Source of the DNA: a virus
Length of the DNA stretch: 64,000 nucleotides
Virus record (IMG/VR): IMGVR_UViG_3300019487_000003
Span: 1 to 64,000 of that record
Reading direction: 5' to 3' (one strand)
The notes under the pieces are model-generated. The model saw only the letters and a program-made list of their open reading frames with translations. It was not told where the DNA came from and made no database searches. The position numbers and the translations under genes are program-made. Positions 35,680-44,183 of this stretch are shown piece after piece (the first letter of the stretch is position 1; the number at the start of each line of letters is the position of its first letter).

Positions 35680-36896
35680 TGAGAAACTTTAAACAACATT
35701 TAGCTGAAAGCAAGAATATTCACCTTGAACATATAGAAGATGAAATATTCAATAGGGGCGCTATAGGTTTAAGAGAAGCTATCAATTTTCTTTTGAGTTT
35801 GCGTAACATGCTTTTGGGTCATAGTAATTCGCGTGTTAATGTCACTGTAAAATGGGATGGTGCTCCAGCTATAGTTGTTGGGACTGATCCTCAATCAAAG
35901 AAATTTTTTGTTGCAACAAAAAGTGCTTTCAACAAAAATCCAAAAGTAAATTATTCAACCTCAGACATCTATAAAAATCATTCGGGGCCTTTAGCAGATA
36001 AATTGGCAACAGTATTCACATTGTTAAAACCATTAAACATTAAAGAAATTTTACAAGGGGATCTTTTATATCTTGCTGAAGATTTAAAGACTGTAGTTAT
36101 AGATGGTGAGAAGTGTATTGCCTTCCGACCAAATACAATAACATATGCAGTGCCACTAGAAAGCGATTTGGGTAAAAAAATTGCAAGAACAAAACTGGGC
36201 GTAGTGTTTCATACAACATACACTGGAGACTCTATTAAAGATTTGAAAGCATCCTTTGGTGCCAATGTTAACAAGTATAAAAATGCTTCAAATTCATTAT
36301 GGATCAATGATGCTTATTATAAAGATGAAAGCGGAACAGCTACTTTAACTGCCGATGAGAGCGCACAAGTTACAGCCCTATTATCTCTAGCAGGACATCT
36401 ATTTCAGGCTATTGATTCTAGCTTTCTAAATAGTTTAGCTAGAGATGAGACATTACGAAATCTCATCAAAACTTTTAACAATTCCAAAGTTAAAGCTGGG
36501 CAACCTATTGGGAATGTTAAAAGTCATGTTACTGAATTGTTAGCTTTTATTGATCAAAAGTTTCAATCAGAAATAGATGCACTGAAGACAGAAAAGGGAA
36601 AGCAGTCAAGAGAAGATAAACTAAAATCTATCAAATCTTTCATTAGAAAATCTCGGGGAGCTTTCTTGGGTGTGTTTGAAATGTATAATTTGTTAACACA
36701 AACAAAAAACATTATCATTCGGAAGTTGCAATCTGTTAAAAGTCTAGGCACATTTATAGAAACCTCAGATGGTTTTAGAGTAACAACTCCCGAAGGGTTT
36801 GTTGCTGTTGATAATATTAGTGGCAAGGCAGTCAAATTAGTTGATAGATTAGAATTCAGTTACGCAAACTTTACTGTTGCAAAAGATTGGAGTTAA
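35679..36896 (+). CDS. KxDG nucleotidyltransferase (ligase/capping-enzyme superfamily)-like protein
   Basis: Candidate motif I 'VKWDGAPA', III 'LQGDLLY', IV 'PEGFVAVD', V 'GKAVKLVDR'. No OB domain after motif V. ATG overlaps the upstream TAA by 1 nt. Confidence 0.4.
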   Translation: MRNFKQHLAESKNIHLEHIEDEIFNRGAIGLREAINFLLSLRNMLLGHSNSRVNVTVKWDGAPAIVVGTDPQSKKFFVATKSAFNKNPKVNYSTSDIYKNHSGPLADKLATVFTLLKPLNIKEILQGDLLYLAEDLKTVVIDGEKCIAFRPNTITYAVPLESDLGKKIARTKLGVVFHTTYTGDSIKDLKASFGANVNKYKNASNSLWINDAYYKDESGTATLTADESAQVTALLSLAGHLFQAIDSSFLNSLARDETLRNLIKTFNNSKVKAGQPIGNVKSHVTELLAFIDQKFQSEIDALKTEKGKQSREDKLKSIKSFIRKSRGAFLGVFEMYNLLTQTKNIIIRKLQSVKSLGTFIETSDGFRVTTPEGFVAVDNISGKAVKLVDRLEFSYANFTVAKDWS

Positions 36897-36897
36897 G

Positions 36898-37923
36898 ATG
36901 AAATCAGTTTTTGATATATTTGAGGGGGTAAGAGGTAAGAAGGCGGTGTTCACGTTTGGTAGATTTAATCCTCCGACCAAGGGGCATGAACTTCTTGTGA
37001 ATAAGGTGTTAAATTACGCTCGTGCTGAAGGTGCAACCCCATTTATTTTTGTATCACATTCACAAGATAGTAAAAAAAATCCTCTTTCGTTTAGCGATAA
37101 AGTCAAATATATTGAATTGGGTATAGATGGTGCAAAAGGCCTTGTCCAAAAAGATCCTTCTGTTAGAACACCATTTGATGCAGTAGAAAAGTTGGGTAGG
37201 GCTGGATTCACAGATGTTATTATGGTTGTTGGATCTGATAGAGTAGCAGAATTTCAAACAACAATTTCAAAGTATATAGGACATCCAGATCCGAATAAAC
37301 GATTATCCATTGAAAGATTTTATGTTGTTTCAGCCGGTGAAAGAGATCCAGATTCAGATACGTTATCAGGTTTAAGCGCATCAAAAATGCGAGATGCTGC
37401 CTTGAGAAAGGATTTATCTTTATTCATGTTGGGTGCACCTTCAAAGTTATCAGCAAGATTTGGTAAAGAGATGTTTGATAAAGTCAGACAAGAACTTACC
37501 GAACAGGTCGCTGATTCAGGAAGTGGACTTAGTTATACTCGCGAAGAAATGCCACAAATACAGGCTGATTATGTAGATGAGTTTATCGATCTGTTAGTTT
37601 CTCAGGGAGTAAAAGTTGTTTCACAAGAGTTATCAATTGACTTACTTAAACCAACCCAATCCGAAATCAATACAGATAAGGTAGATCAAAAATTTGATGA
37701 TTTAGTTGCAGGAAATGTAGCAAGCAATTTTATTCCGTTCATTACATCAAATGACTATAGAATCATCGATAGACATCACCAGCTTTTTGCTTTAAAGAAA
37801 TGGGCTCCAGGAATGAAAGTTCCTGCCTTTGTTATCGACTTAGATATTCATGATTTGTTGGATAAAGCAAAATGGTTTTCCAAAACTACCTATAAAGATA
37901 TTGATGGAAACTCTATTAAATAA
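36898..37923 (+). CDS. Fusion of a NadM/archaeal-type NMNAT-like cytidylyltransferase-fold domain and a ParB/Srx-like (ParBc_2-like) domain
   Basis: 'FTFGRFNPPTKGHELL' ((H/T)xGH) and 'LSASKMRDA' (ISSTxxR-like) in the N-terminal half. 'LLKPTQSEIN' and 'IIDRHHQLFAL' in the C-terminal part. GGAG SD. Confidence 0.55.
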   Translation: MKSVFDIFEGVRGKKAVFTFGRFNPPTKGHELLVNKVLNYARAEGATPFIFVSHSQDSKKNPLSFSDKVKYIELGIDGAKGLVQKDPSVRTPFDAVEKLGRAGFTDVIMVVGSDRVAEFQTTISKYIGHPDPNKRLSIERFYVVSAGERDPDSDTLSGLSASKMRDAALRKDLSLFMLGAPSKLSARFGKEMFDKVRQELTEQVADSGSGLSYTREEMPQIQADYVDEFIDLLVSQGVKVVSQELSIDLLKPTQSEINTDKVDQKFDDLVAGNVASNFIPFITSNDYRIIDRHHQLFALKKWAPGMKVPAFVIDLDIHDLLDKAKWFSKTTYKDIDGNSIK

Positions 37924-37930
37924 ATAATAT

Positions 37931-38257
37931 ATGGTCAAGAGTTTCAAAAATTACATTTCCGAAGAACCAGCTAAGAAGACTGATAAACCACCCACAGAAG
38001 TCGATAGGGTTCGTTCAAGACAAAAGCAATTGAAGAAAGATACGAAAGCAAAAGAAACTTCTGAATTGAAAAGAGCGAGAGAAATAGATTTCCAGCGTTC
38101 TGAGGCAGAGAAAGAACGTAAGATGAAACAAGGAGAGGCAGAAAAGAGAGCAAAAGAAGCGTCAACATCTGAGAGTTTGGAACTTCAAACCGAAGTTTTA
38201 GAGGTTGGCACAGAAACAACGGTTAGAAACTATAGAGAGAAAGTACCAGGGCAGTAA
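37931..38257 (+). CDS. Highly charged K/E/R-rich small protein
   Basis: 108-aa ORF, low complexity. Confidence 0.4.
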   Translation: MVKSFKNYISEEPAKKTDKPPTEVDRVRSRQKQLKKDTKAKETSELKRAREIDFQRSEAEKERKMKQGEAEKRAKEASTSESLELQTEVLEVGTETTVRNYREKVPGQ

Positions 38258-38272
38258 TGGAAGTCTGGGATG

Positions 38273-38280
38273 TATAAATA
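38273..38280 (+). promoter_or_regulatory. T4-type late promoter TATAAATA upstream of the fibre module
   Basis: Perfect match, intergenic, 51 nt before the GTG at 38332. Confidence 0.55.
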
Positions 38281-38331
38281 ACCATACCAAATTTTTGATT
38301 GCTTCTTAATGGATATTGATTGGAGTGAATT

Positions 38332-38592
38332 GTGAGCGGCACACAATACATAAGGCCTTTAGTAATACGCCATGTCGAAAATGAACTTCCGACAGGTTTA
38401 ATTGATGGATTGAATAGTTCCTATTCAACCGAATTTAAATTTCAGGCTGGAACCTTGAAGGTGTATCTAAATGGATTGAGACTAGTGTCCGGAATTGGAA
38501 ACGATTACACAATTACTGACAATCAGAATTTTGTTATGAATTATACTCCCTTAACTGGGGATATGTTATTGGTTGATTACTTAAGACAATAA
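38332..38592 (+). CDS. Stand-alone copy of the C-terminal domain of the adjacent fibre protein
   Basis: GTG start after GGAGTG. 'VYLNGLRLVSGIGNDYTITDN...TGDMLLVDY' parallels 'VFLNGLLQNAGGGNDYTISGD...TGDILLVSY' at the end of 38624..39940. Confidence 0.6.
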   Translation: MSGTQYIRPLVIRHVENELPTGLIDGLNSSYSTEFKFQAGTLKVYLNGLRLVSGIGNDYTITDNQNFVMNYTPLTGDMLLVDYLRQ

Positions 38593-38623
38593 ATACGGTA
38601 AGTAACTTTAAAGGAAAAATAAA

Positions 38624-39940
38624 ATGGCTGTTACAAAAATTCGTGGCAATACACAAATTATTGCCGGAACAATCACAAACACTGAAATCGCTGCTTCTGC
38701 GAATATCGCAACCAGCAAATTAGCTGATGGTGCATTGTTTATTAAGTCTGATGGATCTGTTGCATTTGCGGCCGATCAATCAATGGGAAACTTTAAGCTG
38801 ACTAACTTGGCTGCGCCTGTTTCTGCTAACGATGCTGCAAGACTTGCAGATGTTCAAGCAGCAACAGCAGGTCTTGATGTCAAGGCTTCTGTTCGTGTTG
38901 CTTCAACAGCAAACCTCGATCCTTCTACAGATTTGGAAGACGGGGACACTGTTGACGGAGTGCTTCTTGCAACTGGAGATCGTGTTCTTTTGAAAGATCA
39001 AACAGATGCAAGTGAAAATGGTATCTATGTTGTTCCTGCTTCAGGTGCAGCATCCCGTGCCGCTGACTTTGTTAACCCATATGTATCACCAAATGCTTTT
39101 GTGTTTGTTGAAGAAGGAACTGCAAACGCTGATAGCGGTTGGGTTCTTATCACAGACGGATCAATTGATGTTGGTACAGATGACCTCGACTTTACTGCTT
39201 TCTTCGGTTCAGGTGCAAGCGTAACAGCTTCTAACTTGGGCGGAGGAGCACAAGTGTTCAAGCAAAAGGTTGCAAATGATTTGCAATTCCGTTCCTTGTC
39301 ACAAGGTTCTGGTAAGGTAACTGTTACTCAAAACGCAAACGATATTTCGTTTGATATTGGTGCAGGTACTCTTGTTAACGCAGACATCAATGCTTCTGCC
39401 GCGATTGCTCGTAGCAAATTAGCTGCTGGTTCTGCAAACCATGTTGTAATCAATGACGGTTCTGGTAACTTCAGCTCTGAAGCTCAACTAGCAGTAAGCC
39501 GTGGTGGTACAAATAGTGGTGCTGCTCTTAACAACAACCGCGTAATGGTTTCATCTGGTGGTGCAATTGTTGAAGCTGCCGCAATTACTGCTGCTCGTGC
39601 TTTGATTTCCGATGCAAACGGAATTCCAACTCACTCTGCTGTAACTGCAACAGAACTTGGATACCTTTCTGGTGTAACAAGTGCTATTCAAACACAGTTG
39701 GATGCTCGTGTAGAAGAAAGCAAATATATTCGACGTGAAGTACCAAGTGGAGCAATCAACGGTTCTAACGTAACCTTCACACTTGCTAACACACCTCTTG
39801 CTGGTAAAGAAGATGTTTTCTTGAACGGTCTTCTGCAAAATGCTGGTGGTGGTAACGACTATACTATTTCTGGAGACACAATTACATATAACAGTGCTCC
39901 GCAAACTGGCGACATTTTGCTAGTTTCTTACATTTACTAA
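38624..39940 (+). CDS. Tail fibre-like protein
   Basis: Fibre-type N-terminus 'ITNTEIAASANIATSKLADG', repeated at 'INASAAIARSKLAAG'. Gly/Ala/Ser-rich. Terminator downstream. Confidence 0.7.
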   Translation: MAVTKIRGNTQIIAGTITNTEIAASANIATSKLADGALFIKSDGSVAFAADQSMGNFKLTNLAAPVSANDAARLADVQAATAGLDVKASVRVASTANLDPSTDLEDGDTVDGVLLATGDRVLLKDQTDASENGIYVVPASGAASRAADFVNPYVSPNAFVFVEEGTANADSGWVLITDGSIDVGTDDLDFTAFFGSGASVTASNLGGGAQVFKQKVANDLQFRSLSQGSGKVTVTQNANDISFDIGAGTLVNADINASAAIARSKLAAGSANHVVINDGSGNFSSEAQLAVSRGGTNSGAALNNNRVMVSSGGAIVEAAAITAARALISDANGIPTHSAVTATELGYLSGVTSAIQTQLDARVEESKYIRREVPSGAINGSNVTFTLANTPLAGKEDVFLNGLLQNAGGGNDYTISGDTITYNSAPQTGDILLVSYIY

Positions 39941-39956
39941 TTTGTAAATGTGAAAT

Positions 39957-39991
39957 GGGTGAGGGAGAAATCCCTCACCCATCTATTTTTG
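39957..39991 (+). terminator. Rho-independent terminator with GAAA tetraloop
   Basis: GGGTGAGGGA (39957-66) pairs with TCCCTCACCC (39971-80). A T-rich tail follows. Confidence 0.8.
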
Positions 39992-40007
39992 TTACTATTG
40001 GATTATT

Positions 40008-40541
40008 ATGTCAAGAACTGAAGTTACTAGTGGTCAAATTAAAGATGGAGAGGTCAAACGATCCGACCTCAATATTGCTACTTCTGGTTCTGCTGTTATT
40101 ACTCGTCTTCTTGCCGGCTCAGGCATCTCAATCGATAGTTCAACTGGTGCTGATTCTGGAACAGGTGATGTAACTATTTCTGCTCCTGGTGGAGCAACAG
40201 TTGTTAGTCAAACAACAACAAACGCAACTCCAACACTTTTAACTTCTCTTACTCCTGCCGGAAGTTCTGTAACTTGGTTTAAACTTTTTCTTGCTGCTCG
40301 ATTAGATGATACTGGTACAAATAAAAGTTATTGGGCAGAGGTTGTTGGTGCTGTAAGAAGAAACAATAACGGAACCGCAGTATTAGTTGGCCAAACATTA
40401 ATTTTTGATGATCATGAAAACGCTTCTGGATATGCTGTTACAGTCTCGGTTTCTGGAAATGATTTACAAATTTTTGTTACTGGAGCAGCCTCAGAAACAG
40501 TTCATTGGAATGGAAGTTTGTCTTATCAATCAGCAGTTTAA
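40008..40541 (+). CDS. Small fibre-like / structural protein
   Basis: 'SGQIKDGEVKRSDL' fibre-like N-terminus, Ser/Thr/Gly-rich. Confidence 0.5.
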   Translation: MSRTEVTSGQIKDGEVKRSDLNIATSGSAVITRLLAGSGISIDSSTGADSGTGDVTISAPGGATVVSQTTTNATPTLLTSLTPAGSSVTWFKLFLAARLDDTGTNKSYWAEVVGAVRRNNNGTAVLVGQTLIFDDHENASGYAVTVSVSGNDLQIFVTGAASETVHWNGSLSYQSAV

Positions 40542-40544
40542 TGA

Positions 40545-40572
40545 TTGACATTATTTTATAAAGTGATACAAT
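40545..40572 (+). promoter_or_regulatory. Sigma70-type promoter TTGACA-16-TGaTACAAT
   Basis: Read directly. GGAGTG SD and the ATG at 40593 follow. Confidence 0.6.
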
Positions 40573-40592
40573 ATGAATTGGAGTGAATAATT

Positions 40593-40883
40593 ATGTCCGA
40601 ACAAACAGAACAACAAGCCCCAACTGTAGAAACAACTCCTGTTGAGCAAAAGGAGATCCGTATTAATGTTGATGATATGAGTCAACAAGATAGGTTGGTA
40701 GTTCTCCAACATCTTTATGGATTTTTCTCATCTTTTGATAGAGTCCCAGGAGCACTTGCTAAACAATGGGGTTCTTCCCTTGATGCTCTTGCCGCTGTAG
40801 CAAATTCTATCAATTCTGAAATTGCTGCTAGTGCAAAGTCAAAGGCCAGTAAGAAGAAGTTGGCCGACAAGAAAAAGAAATAA
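40593..40883 (+). CDS. Hypothetical protein
   Basis: 96 aa, SD GGAGTG, Lys-rich tail. Confidence 0.5.
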   Translation: MSEQTEQQAPTVETTPVEQKEIRINVDDMSQQDRLVVLQHLYGFFSSFDRVPGALAKQWGSSLDALAAVANSINSEIAASAKSKASKKKLADKKKK

Positions 40884-40890
40884 TCCCTTC

Positions 40891-40898
40891 TATAAATA
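40891..40898 (+). promoter_or_regulatory. Perfect TATAAATA 6 nt before the ATG at 40905
   Basis: Intergenic. No SD can fit between the motif and the ATG. Confidence 0.5.
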
Positions 40899-40904
40899 AC
40901 TTAT

Positions 40905-41093
40905 ATGGCTCTTTATGAGTATCAATGTAAGTTATGTGGAATAATTGAAGTTCATCAAAAGATAGATGAGCCTCATTTAAAATCTTGTCCAAAGTGTCAA
41001 GGACATGATTTAATTAAACTCATATCACGATCAAGTTTTGTCTTGAAAGGGCCAGGATTTTACCAAACAGATTACAAGAAAAAAGTAATATGA
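40905..41093 (+). CDS. FmdB-family zinc-ribbon protein
   Basis: 'YEYQCKLCG...LKSCPKCQG' followed by 'GPGFY', typical of the CxxC-x(n)-CxxC FmdB family. Confidence 0.65.
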   Translation: MALYEYQCKLCGIIEVHQKIDEPHLKSCPKCQGHDLIKLISRSSFVLKGPGFYQTDYKKKVI

Positions 41094-41998
41094 GTTTGAT
41101 CGCGGCCAAGTTTTTTCCAGAAAAGGGGTGGGTTCTTGTCAAGAATAGAGACAGGGCATACAAACCCAAGATTAGATTACGGAAATCATTTCGTAAAGGT
41201 GTTGAAAGATTATACGCCTGGGACGACTTTACAAAGTATTCTGAAGGTATCAATGAATTTGGTGTTGCTATCATTTCATGCGATATTACAACCAAAGACG
41301 ATGATCTTGAGGGTGCAAAACAAGCAAGAGAAGATACAGAAGTTCAAAAGGAAATTCGTCGATTCTATTCACCTATTGGTCTAAGAATTAGAAAAGCATT
41401 GTTTGAGAAAACAATATATGATGTATGCAATAAACTTGTTGAATTGGAAGTAATAGGAAATACATTAATTGCTGATCGTAGAACTTGTTTCCTTCTTGAG
41501 GGTGCATACATCAAATCTGAAGAAGGTGAAGAATACGTTTACAAAATCAAAGAAGTTCCTACAAGCAAAGTTGTTGTAAGAACAAATCATGGAATTTTAT
41601 TACCTTGGACAGGATATTCTTTAGAAAATCCAGAAGAAAAAGAGGATAGATTAAGTTCTGAGGCACGATTCGCCAAGGCACTTGAACTTGTCAAAGCAGC
41701 TAAAGACCCCGATCAATTGCTCGATGCTTGTTCCGACAAGAGCAATGAAGATCCACAAATGAACCCATTACGGATGGATGATAATAAGAACGTAATGCGA
41801 ACAACAGGCCAAATTATAGTTGTTCCTAAGGATATGACTCTTTATTATCGTCCAATATGGTGTGAGACGCTATTCAACCTCGAAACCCTAAATAAACAAG
41901 ACGAAAAAACATTCTTTGAAATCATAAGTAGTCGCAAGCTCTTAAAGATGAAGGATGTTATGGAAATGCGAAATTTCAGACAGTTTCTAGGAGCTTAA
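41090..41998 (+). CDS. Hypothetical protein
   Basis: 302-aa ORF, ATGA overlap upstream. No secure motif. Confidence 0.5.
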   Translation: MSLIAAKFFPEKGWVLVKNRDRAYKPKIRLRKSFRKGVERLYAWDDFTKYSEGINEFGVAIISCDITTKDDDLEGAKQAREDTEVQKEIRRFYSPIGLRIRKALFEKTIYDVCNKLVELEVIGNTLIADRRTCFLLEGAYIKSEEGEEYVYKIKEVPTSKVVVRTNHGILLPWTGYSLENPEEKEDRLSSEARFAKALELVKAAKDPDQLLDACSDKSNEDPQMNPLRMDDNKNVMRTTGQIIVVPKDMTLYYRPIWCETLFNLETLNKQDEKTFFEIISSRKLLKMKDVMEMRNFRQFLGA

Positions 41999-41999
41999 G

Positions 42000-42662
42000 A
42001 TGTCTTTTAAAGATATACCACAAGGGTTGGTTGATGCAGTTAATGAGGTTGTGTTAACAGAAGATGACATGCCCAATGATGGTGTTTATCACAAAGATGG
42101 TAATGAAGATGGTCCTAAGAAGCAAGAATTAGATGACGATTGCGGACTCCTTCCAGGAGAACGCGAAACAATGGGAGAGTCCGCTCCACCAGATCCTAAA
42201 ATCGAACAGTGGATTAAAGACAATAAAGATAATTTTAAAAATGAATATGGTGAAGAAAAGGGAGAAGAAGTTCTTTACGCAAAGGCATGGGATATGTATA
42301 ACAAAAAAGAATCAGTAAACGAAAACATAGCAATTCCTCCTAGTGAATTAGCAAACCCTGAACCACGTTCAGCTATAGGTCAAAGAACATCTGCACCACC
42401 TAAGCATGTTGATGTTGTTCAAGAAGACGATTTTCGTCCTACTTCTGCTGAAGGCCTTCATTCAACTGGATACAGATTGTTGATTCAATATTCTACAAAT
42501 GAAAGACCAGAATTTTGGCCACCATTAAGTTTACCCGCTGCACCAACTCTTGAGGCTCTTGGAGCTATGTGTCCTGGTGATGTAGAATGTTCCGAAGCGT
42601 TAGCTCGTGCAGCTTCCCGCCCATGTAATGATCCTCATTTCAAGGGCAATGATCGTAAATAA
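42000..42662 (+). CDS. Hypothetical acidic protein
   Basis: 220-aa ORF starting 2 nt after the upstream stop. Confidence 0.45.
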   Translation: MSFKDIPQGLVDAVNEVVLTEDDMPNDGVYHKDGNEDGPKKQELDDDCGLLPGERETMGESAPPDPKIEQWIKDNKDNFKNEYGEEKGEEVLYAKAWDMYNKKESVNENIAIPPSELANPEPRSAIGQRTSAPPKHVDVVQEDDFRPTSAEGLHSTGYRLLIQYSTNERPEFWPPLSLPAAPTLEALGAMCPGDVECSEALARAASRPCNDPHFKGNDRK

Positions 42663-42665
42663 TGA

Positions 42666-43223
42666 ATGACAAAAACATTTAAGCAATTCATTGTAGAAGA
42701 AAAATTACCAACCATCTATTGTGACATGGATGGTGTCCTTGCAGACTTCGAGCGCGGAGCAAATCAAACTCTAATTGGATTTGGATATCCTGATTGGTTT
42801 TCTAACCATTGGAAAGAATATCCACAAGAAAAGGCAGATGAGTTACGCTGGGAGATCATAAAAAAGAAAAAATTTTTCTGGCGAGACCTACCTCCAATGG
42901 GTGACGCATTAGCCTTGTGGAGATTCATTCAAAAGTATAATCCTCACATTTTAAGTCATGCTATTAAATACATGCCAACTGCCAAGCCCGAAAAAACACA
43001 ATGGCTTAAAAGGGTAGTAGGACTAAATAATCCAAGCGTTACACATCTTGTTGATAACAGGGGCGACAAACGAAAATATGCCACTTATAATGGCCACCCA
43101 AATATTTTGATTGATGATTATGGTAAGAATTGTGCAGAGTGGAAAGACGCAGGCGGGATTGCAATTCATCATACAAGTGCTGTTAAAACAATAAGTGAAC
43201 TAAAAAGTTTGGGATTTAAATAA
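42666..43223 (+). CDS. 5'(3')-deoxyribonucleotidase-like HAD phosphatase (NT5C family)
   Basis: HAD motif I 'IYCDMDGVLADF'. Size and 'LIDD' motif are consistent with NT5C. Confidence 0.7.
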   Translation: MTKTFKQFIVEEKLPTIYCDMDGVLADFERGANQTLIGFGYPDWFSNHWKEYPQEKADELRWEIIKKKKFFWRDLPPMGDALALWRFIQKYNPHILSHAIKYMPTAKPEKTQWLKRVVGLNNPSVTHLVDNRGDKRKYATYNGHPNILIDDYGKNCAEWKDAGGIAIHHTSAVKTISELKSLGFK

Positions 43224-43233
43224 GGAGAAACAT

Positions 43234-43740
43234 ATGGGACTTTGGGACTTAAATAATCCACCTCGATTCAAAAACCCTAAGGGTAAGGATCTAGTTGCTA
43301 CAACAAAAGGATGGGAAGATCCAGATACGGGAGAAGTTCTAGTTGCTATTGGACAACTCACATCGAAAGCTGGAGCAGCGGATGTTCTTGCTTGCGAATT
43401 CGGAGAATCAGAATATCTTCGCCTTGATCCTATTTCAGTAATTGTTCGATTCAATGAAAGAGTAGATGTTACAGTTGGTGCATCTATTGAAGTTTCTTGG
43501 TCTGGTATGGCCGGCAACTTTACTCTTAATGCTGCCGCACAATTAAATACACATGAAGTTGTATTCGATAAGCAATCAGATAATACTACACCTGAAGTAG
43601 TTCCTAACGAAGCCGGGGATCTTTCACTTGCAGCGCAATCAATTCTAGGAACAGTTAAAGATGCTGGAACACTTGTTTCGTCAAACTTAGCTGTTAGTGG
43701 TGATGCCGCAGCATTAGCCGGCGTTATTGAAGTAGCGTAA
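43234..43740 (+). CDS. Structural-like protein; N-terminus paralogous to 62368..62607
   Basis: 'MGLWDLNNPPRF...ATTKGWEDPDTGEVLVAIGQL' versus 'MSLWGLNKKPTF...ATARGWVDPSTGEIVVAISQL'. AGGAG SD. Confidence 0.55.
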   Translation: MGLWDLNNPPRFKNPKGKDLVATTKGWEDPDTGEVLVAIGQLTSKAGAADVLACEFGESEYLRLDPISVIVRFNERVDVTVGASIEVSWSGMAGNFTLNAAAQLNTHEVVFDKQSDNTTPEVVPNEAGDLSLAAQSILGTVKDAGTLVSSNLAVSGDAAALAGVIEVA

Positions 43741-43754
43741 GCGACAACTTTATT

Positions 43755-44183
43755 ATGTTACAATTGAGTATGGCAGAAAAGTTCAGAATATCTGAATCAA
43801 ATTTTACGATCTATGCAATGCGGAACTACGAAAATCCGCATTGTATAGATCAAAAAGAATTTCAAGATGACATTAAGCGCATCAAATATATTAAACGATT
43901 ATTGAATCGTTTCGCCGCAACAGGCGATTTAAAAGAAAGACTATTACTAAATCACATCATTCTCTTATATAACGTCTTTGGATGCGAAGCAGCTACAAGG
44001 ATGTTATTTTACAAAATAGATACCAATCTTTGGCCATCTCTAAAAACATTTCTAATATTTCTTGGATATATGCCCGAGAGAGTTTCGGGTGTCTTAGAGG
44101 AAGATATTATCTCAACAAATATCCCCATAAATATGAAAGTGGCAGATGCTTTGAGAAATATCAAAAATGTCCAACAAAACTAA
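43755..44183 (+). CDS. Hypothetical protein
   Basis: 142-aa ORF, no motif. Confidence 0.45.
   Translation: MLQLSMAEKFRISESNFTIYAMRNYENPHCIDQKEFQDDIKRIKYIKRLLNRFAATGDLKERLLLNHIILLYNVFGCEAATRMLFYKIDTNLWPSLKTFLIFLGYMPERVSGVLEEDIISTNIPINMKVADALRNIKNVQQN

Noticed and set aside
39955-40173. 72-aa + strand ORF starting at 39955
   Set aside because: It begins inside the terminator hairpin after the fibre gene and overlaps the better-supported 40008-40541 ORF in another frame.
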